27,371 nt of DNA from an uncultured Clostridia bacterium (lineage in GTDB: Bacteria; Bacillota; Clostridia; TANB77; CAG-508), in contig CANQYZ010000022.1 of assembly GCA_947628215.1 (NCBI GenBank), positions 1 through 27,371 on the forward strand, in the 5' to 3' direction. Positions 1 to 10,990 of the stretch are shown one piece after another; positions within the stretch are counted from its first letter, which is position 1; each line of letters begins with the position of its first letter. Below the pieces are notes generated by a model. The model searched no databases. It was not told the origin of the DNA and saw only the letters and a program-made list of their open reading frames with translations. A program made the position numbers and the translations under genes.

Positions 1-2
1 TT

Positions 3-497
3 TATTATTATAATAAAGATAAAAATGTAGAAGAACATACAATAATAGAAGCTTTAGCTATAGCAGGACTTATTGGAAATATAGTAAAAACTAATGCTTC
101 AATTAGTGGAGCAGAATGTGGATGCCAAGCAGAAGTCGGTACTGCATGCTCTATGGCAGCAGCTGCTGCTGCATATATTCTAGGATTAGATATAGATAGA
201 ATTGAAAATGCTGCAGAATCTGCTATGGAACATCATTTAGGATTAACATGCGATCCAGTATATGGATATGTACAAGTACCATGTATAGAAAGAAATGCAG
301 TAGGAGCTCAAAGAGCTGTTAATGCAGCAAAGATGGCAATGCTTATGGGAAAATATAGAAGTATATCTTTTGATGTCGTAGTAGAGACAATGTATGAAAC
401 AGGAAAAGATTTACATAGCCATTATAGAGAAACAAGTGAAGGCGGACTTGCTAAAAAATACTGTAGAAATAAATATTATAATAAAGAACTTTCATAA
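3..497 (+). CDS. sdaAA: L-serine dehydratase, iron-sulfur-dependent, alpha subunit (C-terminal part; 5' end lies outside the window)
   Basis: The open frame runs from the window edge. Translation includes [28 protein letters not shown]...[26 protein letters not shown], typical of SdaAA. Stop at 495-497. Confidence 0.85.
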   Translation, partial: YYYNKDKNVEEHTIIEALAIAGLIGNIVKTNASISGAECGCQAEVGTACSMAAAAAAYILGLDIDRIENAAESAMEHHLGLTCDPVYGYVQVPCIERNAVGAQRAVNAAKMAMLMGKYRSISFDVVVETMYETGKDLHSHYRETSEGGLAKKYCRNKYYNKELS

Positions 498-556
498 AAA
501 TTAATATAATGATATAATTGAAAATATTGTAGACAAAAAATGGAGGATATATAACG

Positions 557-1513
557 TTGGCTTTAGATATAATATTTATAATAATAGGATTTATATTGCT
601 TGTAAAAGGAGCTGATTTCTTAGTAGATGGTGGAAGCAATATTGCTAAAAAATTTAATATACCAGAAATCGTAATAGGAATGACAATAGTATCTATTGGA
701 ACTTCTATGCCAGAACTTGTTGTAAGCGTAAATTCAGCTTTAAATGGACTTTCAGACATATCTCTTGGAAATGTAATTGGAAGTAATTTAGCTAACTTAT
801 TCTTAATACTTGGACTTTGTGCTATAGTGAAACCACTTCCTTTTGAGAAACAAACAAAAGATATAGAAAATTGGATTGCACTTACTGCTGTTGGATTATT
901 TTTATTTTTTGCAACAGATGACAACATAATATCAAAAACAGAAGGATCAATACTTTTAGGATTATGCGTATTGTTTATAATATATAATATTATAATGGCA
1001 AAAGTAGGACAAAAATTTGATGATGCTCCTGAAGAAACAAAAGATGAAAAAGAAAAAATTTCTATTATGAAATCTTTATTTTTTGTAGTACTTGGATGTG
1101 TAGGACTAAAGTTTGGTGGAGATTTCGTTGTAAATAGTGCAGTAAATATTGCAAAAGATTTTGGAATTACAGAAAAATTAATTAGTGTAACAATTATTGC
1201 AATTGGTACATCTCTTCCTGAACTTGTAACATCTGTCACAGCAACAAGAAGAGGAGATGTAGATATGGCAATTGGAAATATTATAGGATCTAATGTATTT
1301 AACATTTTACTTATAATTGGAACATCTGCATTTTTAAATCCAATTAATTATTCTATGACATATAATAAAGACTTTATTCTTTTATCAATTGGAACTCTTC
1401 TTTTATGCTTATTTCCATTCATTGGAAAGAAAGATACTATGACTAGAAAAAATGGATTTATATTCTTTCTATTATACTTAGCTTATTTTGGATATAATGT
1501 ATTTTTCATGTAA
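557..1513 (+). CDS. CaCA-family sodium/calcium antiporter (YrbG-like)
   Basis: 318 aa polytopic membrane protein with two alpha-repeat motifs (GNVIGSNLANL and GNIIGSNVFNIL, each preceded by GTS(M/L)PELV). TTG start at 557 with GGAGG at 543-547. Confidence 0.8.
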   Translation: MALDIIFIIIGFILLVKGADFLVDGGSNIAKKFNIPEIVIGMTIVSIGTSMPELVVSVNSALNGLSDISLGNVIGSNLANLFLILGLCAIVKPLPFEKQTKDIENWIALTAVGLFLFFATDDNIISKTEGSILLGLCVLFIIYNIIMAKVGQKFDDAPEETKDEKEKISIMKSLFFVVLGCVGLKFGGDFVVNSAVNIAKDFGITEKLISVTIIAIGTSLPELVTSVTATRRGDVDMAIGNIIGSNVFNILLIIGTSAFLNPINYSMTYNKDFILLSIGTLLLCLFPFIGKKDTMTRKNGFIFFLLYLAYFGYNVFFM

Positions 1514-1524
1514 AATAAAACTTT

Positions 1525-1560
1525 AAAGAAATAGTACAAATGCTATTTCTTTTTGTTTTT
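1525..1560 (+). terminator. Rho-independent terminator after the antiporter gene
   Basis: Stem aaagaaatag / ctatttcttt with an 8-nt loop, followed by a T-run. Confidence 0.6.
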
Positions 1561-1594
1561 ACTTATAAAAAGAAATTACTTATAAAAAGAAATT
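1561..1594. repeat. Perfect 17-nt tandem duplication (acttataaaaagaaatt x2)
   Basis: Direct reading: 1561-1577 is identical to 1578-1594, in the intergenic region upstream of ftsY. Confidence 0.9.
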
Positions 1595-1690
1595 AAAAGT
1601 GTAATACACAAAATATATAATATGTGATATACTATTTATTGCAAAATATTTTAGAAAAATTTTGAAACAATAATAATTAATGGAGGACAA

Positions 1691-2597
1691 ATGGGATTTT
1701 TTGAAAAGCTAAAAAGTGGACTTGGAAAAACAAAAGAGTCTATAAACGAAAAGATTAATAATGTATTTAGTAATTTTAGAAAAGTAGATGAAGATTTATT
1801 AGATGAATTAGAAGAGATATTAATAATGTCAGATGTTGGAATGGAAACATCTGCAAAGATAATTGATAATTTAAGAACTAGAATAAAAAGAGAAAAAATA
1901 GAAACAGAAGAGGAAATAAAAGTTGCTCTTCGTGAAGAAATGAAAAAAATGATAGAGTCTAAAGATATTGGACTTAATATAAATACTAAGCCTTCTGTAA
2001 TATTAGTAGTTGGAGTAAATGGCGTTCGGAAAAACTACATCTATTGGAAAAATTGCAAATAGATTAAAAAAAGATGGAAAGAAAGTAGTTATTGCAGCTG
2101 CAGATACATTTAGAGCAGCAGCAACAGAGCAAATTGAAATATGGGCAAATAGAGCAGATGTTGAACTTGTAAAAAAAGATGAAGGAACAGATCCTGCATC
2201 TGTTGTTTTTGATGCTATAAAAAGAGTAAAAGAAAATGGTGCTGATGTACTTATTTGTGATACAGCAGGAAGACTTCACAATAAAAAGAATTTAATGGAT
2301 GAGCTTAGAAAAATTCAAAGAGTAATAGATAAAGAACTTCCAGATGCAGATAAAGAAGTATTACTTGTAATAGATGCTACAACAGGACAAAATGCAATAT
2401 CACAAGTTAAAGCATTTAAAGAAGCAACTGATATAACAGGTCTTGTACTTACAAAATTAGATGGTACTGCAAAAGGTGGAGTTGTAATTGGTATTATTGC
2501 TGAAAACGATATTCCAGTAAAATTTATTGGAATCGGTGAACAAATAGATGATATGGAAATATTTAATCAAGATGATTTCTTAAAAGCTATAATATAA
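1691..2597 (+). CDS. ftsY: Signal recognition particle receptor FtsY; the reading frame needs a +1 shift at the CGG at 2027-2029
   Basis: ORFs 1691..2062 and 2019..2597 are the two halves of one FtsY. Skipping C2027 restores the P-loop VVGVNGVGKTTSIGKIA. Downstream motifs DTAGR and TKLDGTAKGG are present. RBS GGAGG lies upstream of 1691. Confidence 0.9.
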
Positions 2598-2631
2598 AAT
2601 AATCAAATAATCTTTAGAAAGGATAATAAAT

Positions 2632-5355
2632 ATGAAAGAAAAGAAACTAAAAATCACAAGAAAAATGATTGTACTAATATGTCTTGCAATATATATTTTA
2701 ATATCTTTTATCTTTACAAGGGGACAGTATTTAGAGATAAAAGAAATTGGAAATAGCTATACTTCTATTTTTACAAAAAATACTGTAATAAAATTTAGTA
2801 TTATGGCAGTAAGCTTTGTAATAACTTATATTATTGTATATTTTTCAAATAGACATATGAGAAAAGGACTTGGTAAGTTCTTTGAAGCTGATAAAAAAGA
2901 AATGCCAAAGCTTCCAAACAAATCAATCTCATTTATAGCAAGCTTAATTGTAAGTTTAATTATACCATTTTTCTTATCAGAAAGATTTTTAGATTTTTCA
3001 AAAGCCACACAATTTGGAATAGCAGATCCTATCTTTAATACAGATATATCTTTCTATATATTTAAACTTCCTTTTATAAAAACATTATTAATATTAGGAA
3101 TTGTAATGTTTGCATTACTTACTGCATATATCTGTACTTATTATATACTAACAATAAATATATACTTAGATGGTGTTGACTCTGAGATGCTTAGAAAAAA
3201 TTCATTTATAAAACAAGTAATATTTAATGTAATGATAATAGCAGTTTTAGTTGCAGGATTAACTGTTTTAAATTCTCAAGAAGTAGTCCATGAAGAGATG
3301 CTTACTCTTAACAATAATCTTAAAACTACTATAATCGGAGCTGGATTAACTGATGTTAAAGTAAAAGTATGGGGATATAGAATACTTGGAATTGTAATAA
3401 TATTATCTCTTTTAAGAATAATAAAATATTTAAAGAAATTTAAAGTAAAGAAAATAGTATATTCACTTTTAATAGTTCCAGTATATTTAATATTGCTATT
3501 TGCAGTAATGTCAGGATATGAGTATATGTATACACAAAGAAATGAGCTTGATAAACAAAAAGATTATATAGCTCATAATATAGAATTTACAAAAGCTGCT
3601 TATGGAATTGATATAGATGAAGTTGAATATACGCCAAATATTTCTATGACAGATAAAGATGTAAAAGATAACATAAGATTACTATCACAAGTGCCAGTAA
3701 TTACAGAAAAAGCAACTATTGATTCATTAAATGAATATATGGATAGTACTGGATTTTATGAATATGGTACTACACAAATAGGATTTTATAAAATAAACGG
3801 ACAAAATAGACCAGTATATATTACTCCTCGTGAAATTGCGACAGGTGGAAGTAGAACATATAAAAATAAAACATATCAATATACTCATGGATATGGAATT
3901 ATAGCAAGTAGTGTAAATAATATAGATGAACTTGGAAATATTGAATATATACAATCAGCATATGATTTAAGTGATAGCAAGATTGATATAAAAGAACCAA
4001 GAATTTATTATGGACTTACAACTAATGATACAGTTGTTGTAAATGCTTCTAATAATTCTGAATTTGATTATCCAAAGTCTGCTACAAATTATGAAGAAAA
4101 TCAATATGATGGAAAAGGCGGATTAGATTGTAATATATTAGATAGCTTGATTATTGCAATAAATGAAGGCGATATAAAACTTGCAATTTCGAGTGATGTA
4201 AATAAAGAAAGTAGAATTTTAACAAATAGAAATATAAGAGAAAGAGCAAAAACTTTAATGCCATATCTTATATATGATGAAGAACCATATATGGTAGTAA
4301 GAGATAATGGAAGACTTACATGGGTATTAGATGCATATACTATATCTAATAATTATCCATATTCACAAAAAACTAATATTACAGTAGATAATGAAAATAT
4401 TGAGATAAATTATATAAGAAATTCTGTAAAAGTACTTATAGACGCATATGATGGTACTACTGAATTTTATATTACAGATAAGACAGATCCAATAGTTATG
4501 ATGTACTGGAAGTCTTATCCTGAACTATTTAAAGATATAGATTCTAGTATTCCAGAAGATATTAGAAAAAATATAGTATATCCAAAACTTCTATATAAAG
4601 TACAATCTAATGTAATGAAACTTTATCATGATGTAAATACTGAACTTTTATATAGAGGAGACGATATTTGGGAAATATCACCAGAAGATAGTAAAAACAA
4701 AAAAGAAGTTGAAGCATATTACACAGTAATAAATAATGAAGAAAATAATAAATCAGAAATAGCATTAATAGTTCCATATTCAAGATATGGAAAACAAAGC
4801 TTGGCTTCATATATGGTAGGAACTTATGATGGACAAAATAGATTAAGATTATATAAATTTAGTGAAGATACAGCTCTTCCAGGAATTGAACAATTAAATG
4901 TACAAATAAATCAAGATGAAAAAATATCAAATGAGCTTGAAAAATTAAAGACTAGCGGAACAGAGTTAGTACTTAAGACTCATATAGTTCCACTTAAAGA
5001 TTCTATTTTATATGTTGAGCCTGTATATCAAATTTTATTAAATGAAGATAATGTGCCAATATTAAAGAAAGTAATAGTTGCAACAGGAACACAAGTTGCA
5101 ATAGGAGATAATTTAGAAGAGGCTTTAATGAATTTAGTATCTGATTCTGCATCAATATTTGAATTTTATGATACAGAAAATCCAGATCAATTAATAAGAG
5201 CAATAATTAAGGCAAATAACAATCTAGAAGATTCTCTAGAATCAAAAAATTGGGAATTAATTGGAACAGATATTACAAATCTTCAAAAACTTATAAATCA
5301 ATTAGAAGAACTTAAAGCAAAAGAAAACAAAGAAAAATCATCTGATCAGGATTAA
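2632..5355 (+). CDS. UPF0182-family large membrane protein
   Basis: 907 aa with several N-terminal TM segments and a large extracytoplasmic domain. Size and architecture match UPF0182 proteins of Clostridia and Actinobacteria. The assignment is from recall, not a search. Confidence 0.6.
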   Translation: MKEKKLKITRKMIVLICLAIYILISFIFTRGQYLEIKEIGNSYTSIFTKNTVIKFSIMAVSFVITYIIVYFSNRHMRKGLGKFFEADKKEMPKLPNKSISFIASLIVSLIIPFFLSERFLDFSKATQFGIADPIFNTDISFYIFKLPFIKTLLILGIVMFALLTAYICTYYILTINIYLDGVDSEMLRKNSFIKQVIFNVMIIAVLVAGLTVLNSQEVVHEEMLTLNNNLKTTIIGAGLTDVKVKVWGYRILGIVIILSLLRIIKYLKKFKVKKIVYSLLIVPVYLILLFAVMSGYEYMYTQRNELDKQKDYIAHNIEFTKAAYGIDIDEVEYTPNISMTDKDVKDNIRLLSQVPVITEKATIDSLNEYMDSTGFYEYGTTQIGFYKINGQNRPVYITPREIATGGSRTYKNKTYQYTHGYGIIASSVNNIDELGNIEYIQSAYDLSDSKIDIKEPRIYYGLTTNDTVVVNASNNSEFDYPKSATNYEENQYDGKGGLDCNILDSLIIAINEGDIKLAISSDVNKESRILTNRNIRERAKTLMPYLIYDEEPYMVVRDNGRLTWVLDAYTISNNYPYSQKTNITVDNENIEINYIRNSVKVLIDAYDGTTEFYITDKTDPIVMMYWKSYPELFKDIDSSIPEDIRKNIVYPKLLYKVQSNVMKLYHDVNTELLYRGDDIWEISPEDSKNKKEVEAYYTVINNEENNKSEIALIVPYSRYGKQSLASYMVGTYDGQNRLRLYKFSEDTALPGIEQLNVQINQDEKISNELEKLKTSGTELVLKTHIVPLKDSILYVEPVYQILLNEDNVPILKKVIVATGTQVAIGDNLEEALMNLVSDSASIFEFYDTENPDQLIRAIIKANNNLEDSLESKNWELIGTDITNLQKLINQLEELKAKENKEKSSDQD

Positions 5356-5428
5356 GTAAAATAAAAATAAAACAAGTATATTTTTATATTATCCTCAAAA
5401 ACTAATAAAAAGGTTTTTGAGGGTAAGT

Positions 5429-5746
5429 ATGTATTATTTTAAAAAATTTAAAAAAAGAAAATTAGATAGTGAAATAAGTAGATTAGATAAGACTATAGAT
5501 AAATTTAATTTTATAGTTGAAAAATCAAAAATATATGATTTAGCAGAAATTTCAGGAAACACAAAAAGATTATTTATAAGAAATTTCTTTTCTGGAATTT
5601 TTAAAGGCGTTGGAATTAGTATTGGATTTTATATAATAACAGCAATAGTCTTGATACTTTTAAATTATATAGTAAAGCTAAACATTCCAATAATTGGCGA
5701 TTATATATTAGATATAGTCGAAATAGTAGAAACAAATAGAAAGTAG
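5429..5746 (+). CDS. Small membrane protein, function unknown
   Basis: ORF with one or two TM segments (GISIGFYIITAIVLILLNYIV). The ATG at 5429 follows GAGGG at 5419-5423 and is preferred over the TTG at 5417. Confidence 0.5.
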   Translation: MYYFKKFKKRKLDSEISRLDKTIDKFNFIVEKSKIYDLAEISGNTKRLFIRNFFSGIFKGVGISIGFYIITAIVLILLNYIVKLNIPIIGDYILDIVEIVETNRK

Positions 5747-5754
5747 GTATTTTT

Positions 5755-6357
5755 ATGAAAATGAATTTAGCAAATAAACTAACGATTTTTAGAATAATTT
5801 TAGTTCCAATAATGGTCATTATTCCATATATCGGAATTAAACAAAGTTATCTTGGAATTCCACTTTCAATGCTAATTATGGAGGCTATATTTATAATAGC
5901 TTCTATTACAGATAAATTAGATGGTTACATAGCAAGATCTAGAAATCAGATTACTACATTTGGAAAATTTTTAGATCCACTTGCAGATAAAATATTAGTA
6001 TTAGCTGCTATGGTAGTTTTAGTAGAACTTAAAAAAATTCCGGCATGGATTCCAATAATAGTACTTACTAGAGAATTTTTAGTATCAGGATATAGACTAA
6101 TTGCAGTAGAAAAAGGCGGAAAAGTTATTGCAGCTTCTGTATGGGGTAAATTAAAAACAGTTACTCAAATGATAGCACTTATTTTAGTATTTATAGATAC
6201 AAGTTACTTTTTTGGATTTGTAAAAGGCAATCTTACAGGATTTAGTCTTTATTTAAATATAGCATCATCTGTTTTACTTTTAATTTCAGTTGTTGCAACT
6301 ATCTTTTCAGGATATGATTATTTAAAAAACGGAAAAGATTTATTCAAAGATAATTAA
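5755..6357 (+). CDS. pgsA: CDP-diacylglycerol--glycerol-3-phosphate 3-phosphatidyltransferase
   Basis: CDP-alcohol phosphatidyltransferase motif DGYIARSRNQITTFGKFLDPLADK. 200 aa with multiple TM segments. Confidence 0.9.
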   Translation: MKMNLANKLTIFRIILVPIMVIIPYIGIKQSYLGIPLSMLIMEAIFIIASITDKLDGYIARSRNQITTFGKFLDPLADKILVLAAMVVLVELKKIPAWIPIIVLTREFLVSGYRLIAVEKGGKVIAASVWGKLKTVTQMIALILVFIDTSYFFGFVKGNLTGFSLYLNIASSVLLLISVVATIFSGYDYLKNGKDLFKDN

Positions 6358-6414
6358 TAAAAGTAAAAAGCTAAAACAAAATTTAAAGTTTAATTTTTAG
6401 GAGCTTAATTTAAA

Positions 6415-8417
<2,003 letters not shown>

Positions 8418-8435
8418 ATTACAAGGAGAATAGTA

Positions 8436-8675
8436 TTGGAACAATATACATTTGAAAAGTTTTGGAAAGATTTAAATGATGGATATCAAATATATTTTGA
8501 TTATATGGATATAAGATATTTAGTTTATAAGTTAAAGAAAAATTGCTATAAAAAAGAAATGATAACAACAAAAGAAAAATGTCCACTTCAAAAAAATGAA
8601 ATTATTACACTTAAGAGATTAAAAGAATTATATGAATTTATGGAAAACTTTGAGTATAAGGCATTTGATGCTTGA
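8436..8675 (+). CDS. Hypothetical small protein (79 aa)
   Basis: ORF with a TTG start 7 nt after AAGGAG (8423-8428). No recognisable motif. Confidence 0.4.
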   Translation: MEQYTFEKFWKDLNDGYQIYFDYMDIRYLVYKLKKNCYKKEMITTKEKCPLQKNEIITLKRLKELYEFMENFEYKAFDA

Positions 8676-8684
8676 AGTTATTAA

Positions 8685-8713
8685 TTGACAAAAAGCTAAA
8701 AAAAGCTTAAAAT
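8685..8713 (+). promoter_or_regulatory. Sigma-A type promoter of rnpB
   Basis: TTGACA (8685-8690), 17-nt spacer, TAAAAT (8708-8713), just upstream of the RNase P RNA 5' end. Confidence 0.5.
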
Positions 8714-8719
8714 AGTATA

Positions 8720-9068
8720 TAGTGTAAGCCGAATAGTCGCTGATGCAAATTAAGCATGAGAGGAAAGTCCGGGCTCCATAGAGCAAAGATGCTAGATAAC
8801 GTCTAGTGAGGGAAACCTTAAGGAAAGTGCAACAGAAAATAACCGCCAAGAAATTGGTAAGGATGAAAAGGCGAGGTAAGAGCTCACCGAAGAAATAGTG
8901 ATATTTCTTGCCGTGTAAACCCCATCTGGAGCAACACTTTTGGTATATTAAAAAGAGTAAAATCGCTCTGTTTTCTTTTTAATTGGAAGTGGCTTGAGGT
9001 ATATAGCAATATATATCCTAGATAAATGACTATTCAAGACAGAACCCGGCTTATAGACTTACTCTAAT
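8720..9068 (+). ncRNA. rnpB: RNase P RNA, bacterial type B (Firmicutes type)
   Basis: Universally conserved P4 strands GAGGAAAGTCCGGGCTCC (about 8759-8776) and ACAGAACCCGGCTTA (about 9039-9053). P2 pairing taagcc/ggctta. Also AGGGAAACC, GTGCAACAGAAA and GGTAAG...GAGCTCACC elements. End coordinates are approximate, within about 10 nt. Confidence 0.85.
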
Positions 9069-9070
9069 AT

Positions 9071-9108
9071 CATCTAAATTAGGAGAAATTCTAATTTAGA
9101 TGTTTTTT
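9071..9108 (+). terminator. Rho-independent terminator after rnpB
   Basis: 11-bp stem catctaaatta / taatttagatg followed by TTTTTT. Confidence 0.7.
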
Positions 9109-9183
9109 ATTGCAATTTTATTTTTTATTGTGTATATTATACTTATATAGTATAGAAGAAATTTAGAAAGGTTGGTATTTTTT

Positions 9184-9987
9184 ATGGCAGAACAATTAGA
9201 TAAAAAAGCAGCTAGACTAGAAGAAGGATATTTTGGAACTTTAGAACAAGCAGTAGAATATTTAATTTCTTGCAGAGAAAGAGGAGAATCTGTATATATA
9301 GATTTTAACGGTGTACAATTATTTTCAAGTGATGTTACAATGGATAGTGCATTTCTTCAAGTGGTAGGTGTTACAAAAGAATATGATGATGAATCAAAAA
9401 GAAGAATGAGTGAAGCTTCTACAGAAGAAGAAAGAAAAGCGATAATGGAAGAATGGAATCAAAAAAGAAAAGAAAATCGTGGTACTCCTACAAGAGAAAA
9501 TGCAAGATTTGAGAAAAAATATTTAGGAACAATAGATGATGCAGTAAAATATTTAATAGATTGTAGAAATAGAGGAAAGTCAGTATATATAGATTTTAAT
9601 GGTACTGAATTATACTCTTGTGATGTTACATTAGATAGTGCATATCATCAAATTGTAGGAATGTCAAAAGAAGAAGATGAGCAATCAAGAAGAGAATTTA
9701 AAGCAGCAAAAACTGAAGAAGAAAAAGACGAAGTTATTAAAAAATGGTATGCAATAAGAGAAAGAAACTTAAATCCAGAAGGTAGCGAAGAAAGAATTGC
9801 TGAAATTTCAAGAAGAATTGATGAAGAATCACGTTTAATGTCACAAGAAGCAAAAAAAGAAAAATTACAAGGCGAAGTTAAATCAATAGAATCAGAGCTG
9901 GAGCTTCTAAAACAAAGAGAAGAAGAACTAAAGAAGAGACTAGATGGAAAAAAATCAGAGCTTGATAGCTTAGGTGAAGAAAAATAG
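9184..9987 (+). CDS. Hypothetical protein with an internal tandem domain duplication and a C-terminal coiled coil
   Basis: Two roughly 95-aa repeats (YFGTLEQAVEYLISCRERGESVYIDFNGVQLFSSDVTMDSAF... and YLGTIDDAVKYLIDCRNRGKSVYIDFNGTELYSCDVTLDSAY...), then a K/E-rich heptad-like tail. The ATG at 9184 is preferred over the TTG at 9172, given GAAAGG at 9166-9171. Confidence 0.6.
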   Translation: MAEQLDKKAARLEEGYFGTLEQAVEYLISCRERGESVYIDFNGVQLFSSDVTMDSAFLQVVGVTKEYDDESKRRMSEASTEEERKAIMEEWNQKRKENRGTPTRENARFEKKYLGTIDDAVKYLIDCRNRGKSVYIDFNGTELYSCDVTLDSAYHQIVGMSKEEDEQSRREFKAAKTEEEKDEVIKKWYAIRERNLNPEGSEERIAEISRRIDEESRLMSQEAKKEKLQGEVKSIESELELLKQREEELKKRLDGKKSELDSLGEEK

Positions 9988-10016
9988 TTAAAATTTAAGT
10001 TAAGAGGTACAAAAGT

Positions 10017-10403
10017 ATGTCTAATAATAGTTTAGAAGTAAAAAAAGAAAATATATTTAGTAAAATAGCTAATTTCTTTAAAAACTTATTTGGCAGTAAA
10101 AAACAAGAGAATTTAGTAAGTGAAAATGTAGTAAAAGAAGAAACAAAAGAAAGAAAAGAATCTGACTTCTTAGAGTCTATAAGAATTAACAAAGAAGAAA
10201 AAGATGATCCAGAGCTTTTAAGAATTCAAGAACAATTAGAGAAAAATGAAATCAGTGTATTTTCTATTTCTGATGATGCATTACATGATATAAAAGAGAT
10301 TTGTGATAGACAAGTATCAAATTTAGCAAAAGAGCTTGATAATAAGAAAACAGAATTAAATTATTTAAAATTTAAACTAAATAATTCACAAACAAATATG
10401 TAA
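10017..10403 (+). CDS. Hypothetical coiled-coil protein (128 aa)
   Basis: ORF with an RBS-like AGAGG upstream and a charged, helical composition. No family recognised. Confidence 0.45.
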   Translation: MSNNSLEVKKENIFSKIANFFKNLFGSKKQENLVSENVVKEETKERKESDFLESIRINKEEKDDPELLRIQEQLEKNEISVFSISDDALHDIKEICDRQVSNLAKELDNKKTELNYLKFKLNNSQTNM

Positions 10404-10453
10404 AAGAATTTGAAGTAAGTAAATTTAAAATTAATTTATAAAAAGGAGAAGAA

Positions 10454-10903
10454 ATGCTAAAAAAAATAAAGAGTGAAAAAGGTTCTATAACTTTGTATGT
10501 TATAATTACAATGCTATTTTTCACAGTATTTATAATGAGTATATATATAATAAATAGTAGAAAGTTTGCAACTCAACTTGAAGCAAATGCAGATATAAAA
10601 GCAATCTATGAAAAAGGTGGAGCAGAAAAAAAGTTTAATAGCTATTTTGCATCTCCTGATGAAGAAATACCAATCTATACAGAAAATCAGCTTTTAAGTA
10701 TTGGAAGCGGAGAGAATATATATATTCCACAAGAGAAAAAGATTTATACTTTTGTAAGTGAACCTGAAAAATATGTAATAAAAAATAATATTACTGGAAT
10801 TACATCATCTCATATTGCAAGTCTTAGAACTAAACTTGTTTATGTAAAAAATAATGCTGATTATTCAATTTTTGGAATGGACTTACTTAAAGTATCTGAT
10901 TAA
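10454..10903 (+). CDS. Hypothetical N-terminally membrane-anchored protein (PilX/pseudopilin-like N-terminus)
   Basis: AAGGAG RBS. The N-terminus KGSITLYVIITMLFFTVFIMSIYII resembles the hydrophobic N-termini of minor pilins or PilX. The rest is unrecognised. Confidence 0.45.
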   Translation: MLKKIKSEKGSITLYVIITMLFFTVFIMSIYIINSRKFATQLEANADIKAIYEKGGAEKKFNSYFASPDEEIPIYTENQLLSIGSGENIYIPQEKKIYTFVSEPEKYVIKNNITGITSSHIASLRTKLVYVKNNADYSIFGMDLLKVSD

Positions 10904-10960
10904 AAATTTAAAATGAAATTAAAATATAATTATATTAAAAAAGTTAATAAATAAAAAATA

Positions 10961-10990
10961 ATTTGAAGAGATTAAAAAATCTCTTCAAAT
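10961..10990. terminator. Hairpin between convergent genes (terminator); its loop contains the stop codon of the minus-strand pseudouridine synthase
   Basis: 13-bp stem atttgaagagatt / aatctcttcaaat with U-rich flanks on the minus-strand transcript. Confidence 0.55.

Noticed and set aside
451-1305. 284-aa ORF on the minus strand, antisense to the antiporter gene
   Set aside because: It lies entirely within and opposite a well-supported CaCA antiporter CDS. The translation is low-complexity (I/S/F/N/T-rich) with no RBS or recognisable motif. Long antisense ORFs are expected in AT-rich DNA that has few stop codons in that frame.
2019-2597. The ATG at 2019 as an independent start of a shorter FtsY
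   Set aside because: There is no RBS. The product would begin in the middle of the P-loop (MAFGKTT...) and would lack the N domain. The upstream ORF is contiguous FtsY sequence.
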